Below the pieces are notes generated by a model. That model was not told the DNA's origin. It saw only the letters and a program-made list of their open reading frames with translations, and did not search any database. From positions 64,653,123 through 64,717,122 of the forward strand of contig NC_057718.1 in NCBI RefSeq assembly GCF_004010195.1: DNA of 64,000 nucleotides, given 5' to 3'. This document shows, one piece after another, positions 39,456 to 51,789 of the stretch. Position numbers and translations under genes: made by a program. The first letter of the stretch is position 1; every line of letters starts with the position of its first letter. This DNA is from Chiloscyllium plagiosum (taxonomy: Eukaryota).

Positions 39456-41687
39456 ACACATATATACATATGGACACAGGCTACTTCAAAAGCAAGCACT
39501 TCCATATTTTGCCTTAATGATAGAGGGGAAAAAATTCCAATTTGGTTTCCACTTGGAATATAGGTTGGATACAGTTAAAATCTAAGCCTGTTTCTTAAAC
39601 TGTCTGTCTGAATTTCAACAAAAGAGAGCATTTCATTTCACTCTTGCAACAGTGCAGTCTGATGTATTGACTTTGCTGAAACCTGATCCCTTCACAGGTT
39701 TGGTTTATTGGAAGCATGGCCTCCAACCGGTGGAATGTTTTCTCCAGATTCCCAGTGATCCTAGTTTTTTTGGGGCTCCTAATGCCACATTCAGTTAAAT
39801 GAGGCCTTGATGTCACTTTCACCTCACCTCCCGGGGTACAGTTCGGTTTTCTCCATGTTTAAACCAGGGTTACAATGAGAGTCGGGCAGTAAGAAAGACA
39901 TGGCAAGGTTTACAGGAACATGTTGTTGTCATTTCTAGTGTCTAGGTCAATGATAGGTGATACATCCAGTTTCATTCCCTGTTATCTTTTTTATTATGGC
40001 TAAATACAACTGAGTGGAATACTAGACCATTTCACAGAGCATTTAAGAGGGAACCACGTTGCTGAGGGACCTGTAGACGAGGTAGGACAGTGGACTCTTT
40101 TTCTGATAGATATTAGAGAACCACATGGGTTTTCTGACAAATTGTCATCCTTACTGACACTAACTTTTTTAATTCCAAATTTATTCATTAATTCAATTTA
40201 AACTGCACCAGCATTTGTGATGGGATTTGAATTCATGTCACGACAGCATTAACCTGGGCCTCCAGTCTGTAAACTGGAATTACAGCTATGCTACCACCAC
40301 CTCCTTTGTTATGTGTATAATCCAACACCTATCCTTGGGGCTGTTTCACTGCAGGGTTTCTGGTAAGATAATGAGTTAGTAATTTAACACATAAAGCTAT
40401 CAATAAATATGCCATACCAGTAGCTCCACGACCTCATGAAACCTCTAAAAGTGCCATAGCCCCATGGGGCTACTCTCTCATTCGAGAGAGAGGGACAGAG
40501 AGAGACAACTGATGCTGGTTTAACCTGAGGGTCATCACACCACAGGTAAGAAATGGGACTGAGGAGGTGAGACCTTCACAGTAACCTCAGCCAGTATAGG
40601 ATGGGATCCACTCTGTTGGTGTCACTGCATTTCAAAATAGCCATCCATGCAACTGAGCTAATGAATCCCCAATGGCCTCGAACACTGAACAGGACAAGGG
40701 TGACAGATGTAAGGAGAATAGTATCGTATGGAAAGAACAAATTTAAATTAATGCAAAAATGAGCAGTAAACCAAATGATTAATAAAGTTTTAAAAGTCAA
40801 CAAAAATGACCAACCAAAAATAAAAGGAGAAAAGAAATAATGAGGATAACCTAGCATATAATAAAAAAGACAGTAAGAGCTTCCTTAAATATATAAAAAT
40901 GTAGAGCGATGCCAAAGGGTACATTGGCCCCTTAGGGTATAAGGCTGGGGAAGCAATATTGTGGAACCAGAAATGGCATAAGAGTTGAATAGACACTTTG
41001 CATCAGTCTTCACAGTAGAAGAAATAAATTGCATCCCAAAAATACTAAATAATCAACGGGTAGATGAAATAGCAATTGGATTAAGAAGTGGGAAAATGTG
41101 AAGATATGCACTTTGACAGGAAGACTAGAGGAGCTGAATATCATTTAAATAGAGACAGACTGCAGAAAGCAATTTAAGAGTCCTCAGGGATGATTAATAA
41201 AAAATAGCATCTGGGTTCAGCAGTTAATAGGCAAGGCAAATTAAATGTTAGGCTTTACTTCAATAGGAATGGAATATAAAAATAGGGATACTGTACTAAA
41301 ACTGTACAAGGCACTAATTAGACCATAAGTGAATATACAAACAAGAAACAAAAGTGGGCCACTCAGCCATTTGACTCTGCTCCACATCACCTCTATATCA
41401 CTGCACATCCCTAATAATCTTACACACCCATGGTAATCAAGAATCTAGCTACACCTACTTTAAATATATTTAAAGATTTTCCATTCACTGCTTTTTGAGG
41501 AAGGGAATTCCAAATACTCACAACCCTATAAGAGAAAAAAAAATTCATTATTTCTGTCTTAAATGTGTGACTTCTTATTTTTAAACAATGACCCCTCATT
41601 CTAGATTCACCCACAAGAAACAGACTTTCTTTATCCACTCAGTCAAGATCCCTCAGAATCTTATATATTTCATTTCAATCACCTCTG

Positions 41688-43624
41688 TGTTACGACACGG
41701 GGTAAACCTCCTCTGCTAATTTAAAGCCCTCAACACAGAAATAATTTATCCCATACAGTAATCTGTGAAACTTCTAGAGGTCAATAACTATTTAAAGTAA
41801 AACAGAGAATGATTAACTAACAATTATTTACAACTCCTTCCTCTAACCTATCTTTTATCTTCCCCTTCTACAATACTAATCTGATAAAACCCCTGATTAA
41901 GATTTACAAAATGAACTCCTTATCTCAACACCAGGCAGCTTTCAGTTTTCTCCGAATCCCTGTCTTCTTTTCTTCTTTTGGGGGATTCTGCTTCTGTTAC
42001 TGATTGATAAAGGTACCTTTAAGAGAGCTATTTGTCAGACAGTCTTTACAGGCTGGCAGCTTGACAGTTCTCCTCCCAACTGTTCAATTTTCTCTGGACT
42101 TATACCCCCAAAGCATCGGATTGTGTCATTGGCTTTTAAGATTGTCAACATACTAAATTCAACTTGATTGGAGTTTGTTATTTTGGGGGGTACAATTTAA
42201 ACTGATTGGACTAATTTGAATCTGCTTTTGTCTCCAGGCAACCAGCTACCCCAGCTATTCCACTAGCTGGACCAAATGTTACATTGTATCTTTTTTCAGA
42301 ACACTTGGTATTGTCATGTAGTGTTTGCTAGCTTTTAACTCTCTTAAAGGTATAGTACACCCACATCTTCATAACACCTTCCCCCTTAAGAAAAAAGAAA
42401 CCATCATAATTAAAAGATTGCTTCTTTGTCTTCTTTTTTTCAACTCATTACCCTAACATACAGATTACTTTAATATAAGTTTACCTTAACTTCTTCCCAT
42501 ATACCTATATGTATATATAACATTGAATAAATACAAATCTCATCTAAACTCTATCAGTTAAGTCCACGATATCACACCTGCGATTACATTCTTAGGACCC
42601 GCAACATGTATGATTTTTAAATTAAAAGTCTATGTACGAAACAGAACTCACTCACAAATCAGCCTGGGACAAAGCCTTGGAAACAAGAACAATTTATTAC
42701 AGCCTTGCAAGTACCGGACGCTTCTGCAATCAAGCAGAAATGCGTGCGAAAACAAAACATCTAAGCATTCTTATTCAGTTTGCAAGTTGCGGAATCATGC
42801 CTCCCTTTTCCCATCCTATCATAAGCTGATTACCTCACTTGGTTTTTCTCTCTAGTTATTTTCTTATCTGGCCATCCTGCTGTCCTTATCTGCATTCTTT
42901 GTTCCTTGTTTGTTACAGCTTGTTCTTTTATCCAGTTTCTCTTATCATACTATAAGCTTTATTGTGAAATGCCCCTGCTGCTTCTTTTTGTGGTCAGCTA
43001 CAACACTTTAAAGATATTTCCTAGCTTAAAACTATTTTCTTTAAAAGACCCTCAATATTCATTAAAGTCTTAGCCTTAAGTATGCTACACGCTACAAGAA
43101 TTCCACAACTGTTTGTATAATGTCCCACCCCCGCAACACCCCACCCCCCCACCTGCAGAAACTACATTTCTAACCTCCCACAGTCTATAACATAAGACTG
43201 ATGAAGTCGTCTCATTTTCTTGTCTTTAAAGTATTCTAAGAATGTAAGCGGAATGTGATCCGTGTACACAACCGTCTCTGACACATTGTTCGTGCCATGC
43301 ACATTAAAATCTTGTAAGGCCACTATCAAACGCAAGAGTTCCTTTTCAGTTATGGAGTATTTCCTCAGGGGGAGGTTGATTTGCTTCTAAAGTAACCCAC
43401 TAAATTCAAACTGGATTGGAGTTTGGTATTTTTGGGGGTATAATTTAAAGTGATTAGCCTAATTCAAACCTGTTTTGTCATTTCCAGGCAACCAACTACC
43501 CTAGCTGCCCAATAGCTGGAGCACATGTTACAGTGTATCTTTTATAGAACACTTGGTACTGTCAGGTAGTGTTTGCTCGCTTTTAACTCTCTTAAAGGTA
43601 CAGTATATCCACGTCTTCATAATA
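41688..43624 (-). mobile_element. internally deleted Gypsy LTR retrotransposon
   Basis: Full LTR 41688-42376 (TGTTA...TAACA), polypurine tract 42377-42387, RNase H remnants (KYSITEKELL, YTDH, FNLKIIHVAG), partial second LTR ~43403-43624. TSD TCTG at 41684-41687 and 43625-43628. Confidence 0.85.
42633..43182. mobile_element. 550-bp solo LTR of a different family inserted in the Gypsy RNase H
   Basis: TGT...ACA termini, 5-bp TSD GTCTA (42628-42632 and 43183-43187). Removing it restores the RNase H reading. Confidence 0.75.
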
Positions 43625-44829
43625 TCTGACTCTTCTGAACCCTGGAGCTTATAGGCCTAACTTGCTTAGCCTTTCTATGTAAGGCAATGCACTCATTCAA
43701 GGTACTAGTCTAGTAATTCTCAGAAATGCTTCTAATGCATGTTTAGATTACTAAGAACAGTTCCGGTCTCATTATCTAAGGAAAGATATACTGGCATTTG
43801 AGGCAGTGAAGAGAAGGCTCACTAGATTGATTCTGATCACTTGGTATGGAAGGATTTTCTTATGGGGAGGCATTGTGTAGGTTGGGTTTGTAGTCACTGG
43901 AGTTTACAAGAAGGAGAGGAGACCTTATTGAAACATAAAATTCTGAAGGGGCTTGAGAGGATTGATATTGAGAGATTGTTTCCACTACTTGGAGCATCTA
44001 GGACCAGAGGGCATAATCTCAGAAGAAGAGTTCACCCATCTAAGGCAGATATGAAGAGTTTTTTTTATCTCAGAAGGTAATAAAGCTATGGAATTCTTTA
44101 CTGCAGAGAGCTGTCACGGTTGTGTTGTCAAATACAAAAAAGGCTGAGATAGTCAGAAGTTTAATCAGTAAAGGATTAATGTTATATGGGGGCAAGACAG
44201 GAAAGTGGAGTTAAGGATTATCAGATCAGCATTAATCTTATTGAATGTTGAAGCAGATTCATTGGCCAAATAACCCACTTCTGCTCCAATGCCTTATGGA
44301 AACATCATTATTTGCAACTTCGCTTCTGAGCTACACACTATTCTGACTTGGAACTACATTATTGTTTCTTCACTGATATTTGGTCAAAATCCACAAACTC
44401 CCTACATAGCAACACTTGCCTCTAGTAGATAGACATAAAATTGTTCAAGAAGGCAGCTCATCACCATCTTCTGCAGGGCAATTAGGGATGTGCAACAAAT
44501 GCTAAACTATTCAGCAACACACACATCATGTGAAAAGATAACTTTTTAAAAACAGGAAAAACGAGTATGGTTAAGTAGCCTGAGAATATAAGTCTCCAAA
44601 TAAATGAATGTATGTTGAAAACTTACCATAAGCAAAATAATCAGTCTGCTGCACACATTTAAAAGTCTCAGCAAAACAAAGTTACAACATTTAAAATAAA
44701 CACAAAATGCTATAGACTTGGCTATGGGCCAAGTGTGAAAATTGGATTAGAATAAATGGGGTGGTTGTTTTTGACTGACACAGACTCAATGGTCTGGAGG
44801 TCCTTTCTCTGAGGACTACAGGAAGGAAG

Positions 44830-46500
44830 AGCAAACTGACCACTTGGCTTAGGGAGCCATTCAAGTGGGAAGAGGGAATAGAAATGTCATAGTAGTAAGA
44901 AGAAGTACAATTAGGGGAATAAATATTATTCTGTGCAGACATGAGTCAGAATGCCGAAGGCTGTGTTGCCTGCCTGGTGATAGGGTTAAGGACATTCTTC
45001 GGCTGGAGCAGAACTTGAAGTGGGAGGGGAGGAATCCAGTTGTCATTGTCTATATCGATTACAATAATGTTGGTAAGATTAAAAAGGAGATTTTTCTAAA
45101 AGACTTTGAATAGTTAGGAGCTAAATTAAAAAGCAGAATCCCCAAGGAAATAATCTCTGTATTACTACCTGAGCCATGGGCAAACTCGCAAATGGTAAAT
45201 AAAATCAACCAGTCAAAATGCATGACTCAGAATGTGAGGGAAGGGGTTTCAGTTTGCAAGGCACTGATGCCAGTAACTGGGTACTCCACTGGCACGGGCT
45301 TCAATTAAATCACAGGTTATCATTTACCAGTGTTCAGGGCTTTGAACTAATTCAGGGAGAGTGACTGGGAAAGGGGAAATCTGAACTTACAAAGAGGACA
45401 CAGCAGTGTTTCAGGGCAGCTATTTGGATAATGGTACCCAGAGTGAGACAAGAAGGGAAAGATTATACAAACAGAAAAACAGCAGGAATTAGGATTGAAA
45501 AGAGAGAAAATGACAGAAAGGCAAAATTAATGGATCTTGATTCGAATATGCCCAGTATTCAAACAAAATAAATTAATTAATGGTACAAATACAGGCTCAT
45601 GTATGATCTTATAGCCCTTACATGGAAGACACCAAAGCTGTGATCTAAATTTTCATGGGCACACAATGTTTCAAAATTACAGACAAGAAAGAAAATATGG
45701 CGAGATAGCTTTATAGTACAGGATGGGTTAAGGATAATAGCAAGGCACGATCCTGTATCAGAAGATGTAGAATCCATATGACAACAGGTGGTGTTGTAGA
45801 ACAGAGGCACCTAGGGGTGCAGGTACATAATTCTTTGAAGTTTCAATCACATATAGACAGGGTGGTTAAAAAGGCACTTGGCACTGTTGCCTGCATTGCG
45901 CAGTCCTTTGAGGATAGGAGTTGAGAAGTCATGTTGAGGTTGTACACAACATTGGTGAGGGGTCTTCTGGAATACTGTGTCCACTTCTGATTGCCTACTT
46001 ATAGGAAGGATATTGTTAAGCTGGAGAGGGTTCAGAAGAGATTTACCAGGAGGTTGCCAGGTATGGAAAGTTTGAGTTATAAAGAAGGGCTGGATAGGCT
46101 GGACCTTTTTTTCTCTGAAGCATAAGAGGTTGAGAGGTTACCAGATAGGAGTTTATAAAATAATGGCATAGATGGAGTTGATGGTAGTTATCTTTTCCCT
46201 AGGATGGAGGATTTCAAGACTAAACGGCACATTTAAAAGGTGAGAGGAGAAGAGAGAGATTTAACAAGGACATGGGAGGCAATTTTTTTTTTGTTTACAA
46301 GGCAGGTGGTTCTTGTGTGGAATGAATTTCTTGAAGAAGTGGTTGATGTGGGTACAATTGCAACGGTTAAAAGACGTTTGGATAAATACGTGAATAGGAA
46401 AGGTTTGGAAGCATATGGGCCAGGAGCAAGCAGGTGGGACTAGTTTAGTTTGGGATTATGTTTGGCATGGAGTGGTTGGACCGAAGGATCTGTTTCTGTG
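44830..46500 (+). mobile_element. CR1 fragments: ORF1 esterase-like remnant, endonuclease remnant, and 3' end (45810-46500)
   Basis: RRLCCLPGDRVKDILRLEQNLKWEGRNPVVIV; LERVQKRFTR; 3' UTR. Confidence 0.8.
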
Positions 46501-46558
46501 CTGGATCTACTCAATGTATCTGTAAATAGAAGACGACAATAGGAGTAGTTTGTAGGTC

Positions 46559-46781
46559 GAAAAGTTTGGCGTTGGAAAAGCACAGCACGTTAGGCAGCAT
46601 CCAAGGAGAAGGGGAATCAATGTTTCGGGCATAAGCCCTTCATCAGGAATGTGACATTCCTGAAGGGCTTATGCCCAAAATGTCAATTCTCTGGCTCCTC
46701 GGATGCTGCCTGACATGCTGTGCTTTTCCAGCGGCACACTTTTTGACTCTGATCTCTGGCATCTGCAGTCCTCACTTTCTC
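46559..46781. mobile_element. palindromic Penelope-terminus insertion
   Basis: TSD GTAGTT(T/A)GTAGGTC at 46545-46558 and 46782-46795. Minus-strand CTGATGA..GAAA core begins at 46646. Confidence 0.85.
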
Positions 46782-46939
46782 GTAGTTAGTAGGTCCTCAA
46801 ACAGCAGCCATATAGAGTCCCTTATCACTGCTGCTTGCCTACACTTCAACCCTCCCTGTTGTACAACTGTGCCAGTCATGGTACTGCTTCTCTGGCTGCT
46901 ACTGCTTTCCCCTGAGAATCATTCTCCACCAACAGCATC

Positions 46940-47335
46940 CAAAGCTTCAACCCCAGGCCATCAATGTAGACTTCCTCAGTTTCCTCATTTCCCCTTCCCC
47001 AACCTCACCCTAGTTCCAAACCTCCAGCTCAGCACTGTCCCCATGACTTGTCCTAACTGCCTATCTTCTTTTCCACCTATCCACTCCACCCTCCTCCCTG
47101 GCCTATCACCTTCATCCCCTCCTCCACTCACCTATTGTACTCTATGCTACTTTCTCCCACCCCCAACCTCCTCTCATTTATCTCTTCACCCTTCAGGCAC
47201 TCTGCCTCTATTCCTGATGAAGGGCTTTTGCCCGAAGTGTCGATTTTACTGCTCCTTGGATGCTGCCTGAACTGCTGTGCTTTTCTAGCACCTCTAATCC
47301 AGAATCTGGTTTCCAGCATCTGCAGTCATTCTTTT
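46940..47335 (+). mobile_element. Penelope 3' end and terminal repeat
   Basis: C-rich repeat, CTGATGAAGGGCTTTTGCCC at ~47214, ccagcatctgcag tail. Confidence 0.8.
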
Positions 47336-47341
47336 TACAAA

Positions 47342-48175
47342 GCACTATACCTGCTTGATAGGGGAATGATCACAAGGGGCTGTTGCACCACTGTCCACAT
47401 TTACCCAGCTTCCCGGTGGTCATCCTCTGACTGCATAGTCCTTACTGGTGGTGGGCCCAGCTTGCTAAACATGCTATCCATGATCTACTCAGCCTAGTGG
47501 ATGCTCGTTAGTGAGTCTGCCAACAGCTCCAGCGTTCTATGCAGTAAATAAGGAGCTTGCAGCTGAACACACTTCTTGTGTATATGGTCACCACGGACAT
47601 TGGAAGATTCCAGATTTCTCACATATTGCAGGATGACCTCTCCTACCATTTCAAACTTTGTCGACTAAATCAACCTTATCAACTGCAGACAATATTTCAG
47701 GAACTGATTCCACAGCCTTACCCTTTTGTCACAAACGTAGGTCTCTCACTGTTGCTCTCTATTCCCAGCAGGCTATAGCTACAAAAACTAAGTACTTTAT
47801 CTCTCTACTTCTCACCCAGTTTGTAAACCTGGTTCCTGAGCAGTCAAGGTTATGTCACTTTTTGAGTTGTGACTTCACCTCAAGATTCTACATCTAGATT
47901 CAGCTCCACATTCGCTCTGAGTGACCCGGCTCCTCAGATATTTACCCTGCTATTGCTGTTCAATCTCATGCTTGCTCTGACTGACCCTGCTCCTCAGGTA
48001 TTTATCCTGCTGCTGCTATTGATTCCCAGATTCACTCTCCTTTGCACTGTTGCTCCTTGGAGTGACCTCGGTCCAGGCCCTGTTCCTCAGGCATTTATTC
48101 TGCCGTCACTGGTGCTGTTCACCGCCAAGTTTATTCTCCTTTGCTCTGTTGCTATCGCTGTCTGTCCTCAGACTG
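47342..48175 (-). mobile_element. CR1 5' region (ORF1 zinc-finger remnant) with ~60-bp tandem repeats
   Basis: Minus strand SSCNM*EI resembles the CR1 ORF1 CxxC start. 60-bp period repeat starting at 47914 and 47974. Confidence 0.55.
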
Positions 48176-49080
48176 ACTGATATGGCTCGTCCAGTCAGTT
48201 TCTTGTCAATGGTAACCTTTCAGGATATTGATATTGGAGATTTCAGTGATGGTAATGCTATTGAGTTGATGGCCTATGAGTATTATCATTAGACTATTAA
48301 TCCAGAGGCCTAGGTTATATTCTGGGGACCTACGTTCTGCTCTTCGGATGCTGCCTGAACTGCTGTGCTTTTCCAGCATCACTAATCCAGAATTTGGTTT
48401 CCAGCATCTGCAGTCATTGTTTTTACCAAATCCTGTCAGGGTAGATAGTGGAATTTGAATTCAATAAAAATCTAGAATTAAGAGTTTAACGGTGACTTTG
48501 AAAGCATTGCTGATTGTTAGCGAAACTTACCCGATTCAACAACGCTCTTCAAGGAAGGAAACTGCTCCTCTTACCATATCGAAAAGATAGGCAGGTGGGC
48601 AGAGGAGGTGGGGTTGCCTTATTAGTGAGGAACAAAATTAAAGTAATAGTAAAAAATGAATAGGGTCAGGTGGTGTAGAATCTGCATGTGTAGAATTGAG
48701 GAACTGCAAAGGTGAAAAAAACGTAGTTGGAGTTATGTAGTCCTTCAAACAGTAGTCAGGAGCTGGGGCACAAGATACACCAGGAGATAGAAATTGTGTG
48801 CAAGAAAGGCAAAGTTACAGTGATCATGGAGGTTTTCAATATGCAGGTGGACTGGGAAAATCAGGTTGGTGGTGATTCACAAGAAAAGGAATTTGTGGAA
48901 TGTCTACTAGATGGCTTTTTGGAGCAGCTTGTGGCGGGGCCTGTAGGGAACAGGCAGTACTGGATTTAATGCTGTGCAATGAGACAGACATGATAAGGGA
49001 GCTTAAGGAGAAGGAACCCTGAGGAAGTAGTGATCATAATATGAGTGAATTTACTCTGAAATTTGAGAAGGAGAAGATAG

Positions 49081-49383
49081 AGCTGAAACTTTATTGCTGG
49101 AACAGCACAGCAGGTCAGGCAGCATCTAGGGAACAGAAGATTCGACGTTTCGGGCACATGCCCTTCTTCAGGAATGAGCAGAGAGTGTTCAGCAGGAGAA
49201 GATAAAAGGTAGGGAGGAGGGACTTGGAGGAGTGCTGAACACTCTCTGCTCATTCCTGAAGAAGGGCATGTGCCCGAAACGTCGAATCTTCTGTTCCCTA
49301 GATGCTGCCTGACCTGCTGTGCTGTTCCAGCAATAAAGTTTCAGCTTTGATCTCCAGCATCTGCAGACCTCACTTTCTCCTCC
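49081..49383. mobile_element. very young palindromic Penelope-terminus insertion (perfect 114-bp arms, 38-bp spacer)
   Basis: Arms 49081-49194 and 49233-49346 are perfectly complementary. Perfect 14-bp TSD AAGGAGAAGATAGA at 49068-49081 and 49384-49397. Confidence 0.93.
49252..49287 (+). ncRNA. minimal type I hammerhead ribozyme motif (mirror copy at 49175-49140 on the minus strand)
   Basis: ATTC-CTGAAGA-A-GGGCA-TG-TGCCC-GAAA-C-GTC-GAAT: stem I ATTC/GAAT, stem II, palindromic ACGT in place of stem III, GUC cleavage triplet. Confidence 0.85.
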
Positions 49384-50508
49384 AAGGAGAAGATAGAATC
49401 AGAGGTAATGGTATTACAGCAGAATAAAGGCAAGTACAGAGGCATGAAGGAGGAGCTGGGCAGAATTGCAGGAAAGAACAGCAATGGCAGGAGTTACAGC
49501 AGAAATTCATCCCTAGGAAAAAGAAGCATGGCACAGGGTGGATGAGGCAACCATGGCTGACCAGGGAAGTCAGGGACTGCATAAAAGCAAAAGAGACAGC
49601 ATGTAATGTGGTGAAGGGCAGTGGGAAACCAGAAGATTGGGAAGCTTACAAAAGCAAGAGGGCAACAAAAAAAGAAATAAGGAGAGTGAAGATTAAACAT
49701 GCGGGTAAGCTAGCCATCAATATAAATGAAGACTGTAAGAGTTTCTTTTGATATATAAAGGGCAAAAGAAGGCAATATTGGACATTGGACCTTTGGAAAA
49801 TGACGCTGGAGAGATAGTAGTGGGGAACAAGGAAATGGCTGAGGAACTGAATAATTACTTTGCCTCAGTTTTCATGGTGGAAGACACAAATAATATCCCA
49901 AAAATTCAAGAGTCAGGGAGCAAAGCTGAGTATGGTGGCCATCACCAAGGAGAAGGTGGTAGAAAAACTGAATGGCCTGAATGCGGATAAATCAGCTGGA
50001 CCAGATGGACTACATCTAAAGGCGATAGCTGAAGAGATAGTGGAGGCATTAATGGTGACCTTTCATGAATCACTGGATTTGGGAGGGTCCCAGAGGATAC
50101 CTTTTTTTAAAAAGGGAATAAGGCAAAAGACAGAACATTATAGACCCATTTGCTTAATCTTGTTTGTGGAGGTTGCTTTTGAGGTAGATGGAACTTGAAT
50201 GACTGAGGAGATGGATTATTTGGAGGTTTGTGCACTTGCTCCAACCCCTTGACTTCACCTGTCCTCATTACTGACAAAATTGCTTGACACATTCAGTCCT
50301 TTCCGGAAAAAAACCTTTTCCATTTTGGGTAAGTTTCAGGCCAGGGTCTTCTCTGAATCTACTGGTGAGTTTGACTGTTCAGGGATGCTTAAAAGACATC
50401 ACTGAAGGAAACACTATAAAGATGGCTTAACCAGGCCTGGTAATAAAAGGAGCATAAATAATAAGAGAATGATAACAGATCTTCTCAGAATTCTGGCACT
50501 TGGTGTGC

Positions 50509-50928
50509 AAAGTTTGTGAGAAGATTTGTAGCTCGGGTGCTCGTTGTTGTGGTTCTGTTCACCGAGCTGGGAATTTGTGTTGCAGACGTTTCGTCCCCTG
50601 TCTAGGTGACATCCTCAGTGCTTGGGAGCCTCCTGTGAAGCACTTCTGTGATCTTTCCTCCGGCATTTGTAGTGGTTTGTCTCTGCTGCTTCCGGTTGTC
50701 AGTTCCGGTTATCAACAAACACATCGACCTGGACCCAATATACTGGCCACTGCAGTGGACAGCTGGAACTGACAACCGGAAGCGGCAGAGACAAACCACT
50801 ATAAATGCCAGAGGAAACATCACAGAAGTGCATCACAGGAGGCTCCCAAGCACTGAGGATGTCACCTAGACAGGGGACGAAACGTCTGCAACACAAATTC
50901 CCAGCTCGGCGAACAGAACCACAACAAC
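50509..50928. mobile_element. palindromic terminus of a second Penelope family (164-bp arms, 58-bp spacer)
   Basis: Arms 50543-50706 and 50765-50928. TSD ACTTGGTGTGC at 50498-50508 and 50927-50937. Spacer encodes INKHIDLDPIYWPLQ, like a Penelope ORF C-terminus. Confidence 0.88.
50850..50889 (+). ncRNA. minimal hammerhead ribozyme motif (mirror copy in the left arm)
   Basis: GCA-CTGAGGA-T-GTCACCT-AGAC-AGGGGAC-GAAA-C-GTC-TGC. Confidence 0.82.
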
Positions 50929-51220
50929 TTGGTGTGCCCTAGATGCTGTTTCCAGATATTGACCGTTCATTGCTTATGAACCAGTGATTAGAATGATTCC
51001 CAACATTTCCTTTATCAATGCTGAAGAAACATATTACAGGTCATCCATCCAGAAAAACCTCGAGTCACTCACCAAAGCATTCAACCAACTCTGAAAACAT
51101 TTCAGGGGTTTTTGCCTTCTGCACCTTATGACAAAGTTAATGTCATGTTTGATTGCTTATTATGTAAAGAAGTTTCTGCTTTAAATTTGCCTTCTATCTG
51201 TTTGAACTCACAATCCTTGA

Positions 51221-51520
51221 TAGAATCATAGAATCCCTGTATGCGAATAGAGACCTTTCAGCCCATTGAGTTTGCACTGATCCTCTGAAGAGCATCCCAT
51301 CAGCCCCACCTCATCTCCATAACGACATAGTTACCATGGTTAATTCACCTACCTGCATGTCCATGGACATTAGCGGGCAATTTAACATGGCCAATTTAGC
51401 TAACCTGCACATCTTTAGACTGTAGAAGGAAATGAGAACACTTGGCAGGGACACCCACACAGACACAGGGAGAACATGAAAACTCCACAAAGACAGTCAC
51501 CCAAGGCTGGAATCAAACCC
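51221..51520 (-). mobile_element. older HE1/V-SINE-like SINE, head truncated
   Basis: Central domain and tail match the other copies. Confidence 0.75.
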
Positions 51521-51789
51521 TATTCTGAATTCAAACTATCCTGGTTGTTTAGGTCTGTAACGTCAATGACCAATTTTGCTGTTATTCGCTACATTGGGCC
51601 AAATGTTCCCATATTTTGCTTAAATATCAATTTTGGGGACATTCCCTCTGTGAGCCCAATGTATGTCTTTGATGTTGATCTCATTAATTACCGATCCAGC
51701 CTCCATGTGTTGTTTTTGCACTATCTTGCAGTCAGTAAAGGCTGATGTGCTTGCCAGAGCCGGGCTCTTTCATTGTTTACGACATGGGC

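Larger units (their letters stand above)
41340..43745 (-). mobile_element. second CR1 3' fragment (minus), split by the Gypsy element
   Basis: 41340-41687 continues at 43625-43745 across TSD TCTG. Confidence 0.75.
40780..44300 (+). mobile_element. CR1 LINE fragment split by nested insertions (pieces ~40780-41337 and ~43750-44300)
   Basis: LYKALIRP before the break resumes as EQFRSHYLRKDILA after it. Confidence 0.75.
48580..50160 (+). mobile_element. CR1 ORF2 endonuclease-to-RT fragment
   Basis: IMEVFNMQVDW, QPWLTREV, MAEELNNYFASVF, KSAGPDGLH. Confidence 0.88.

Noticed and set aside
39717..39770. ATG-initiated MASNRWNVFSRFPVIL resembling a chitin synthase N-terminal W(D/N)VF..P motif
   Set aside because: The DNA matches the antisense of the CR1/L2-group LINE (compare ~60410-60540), so the resemblance is likely coincidental.
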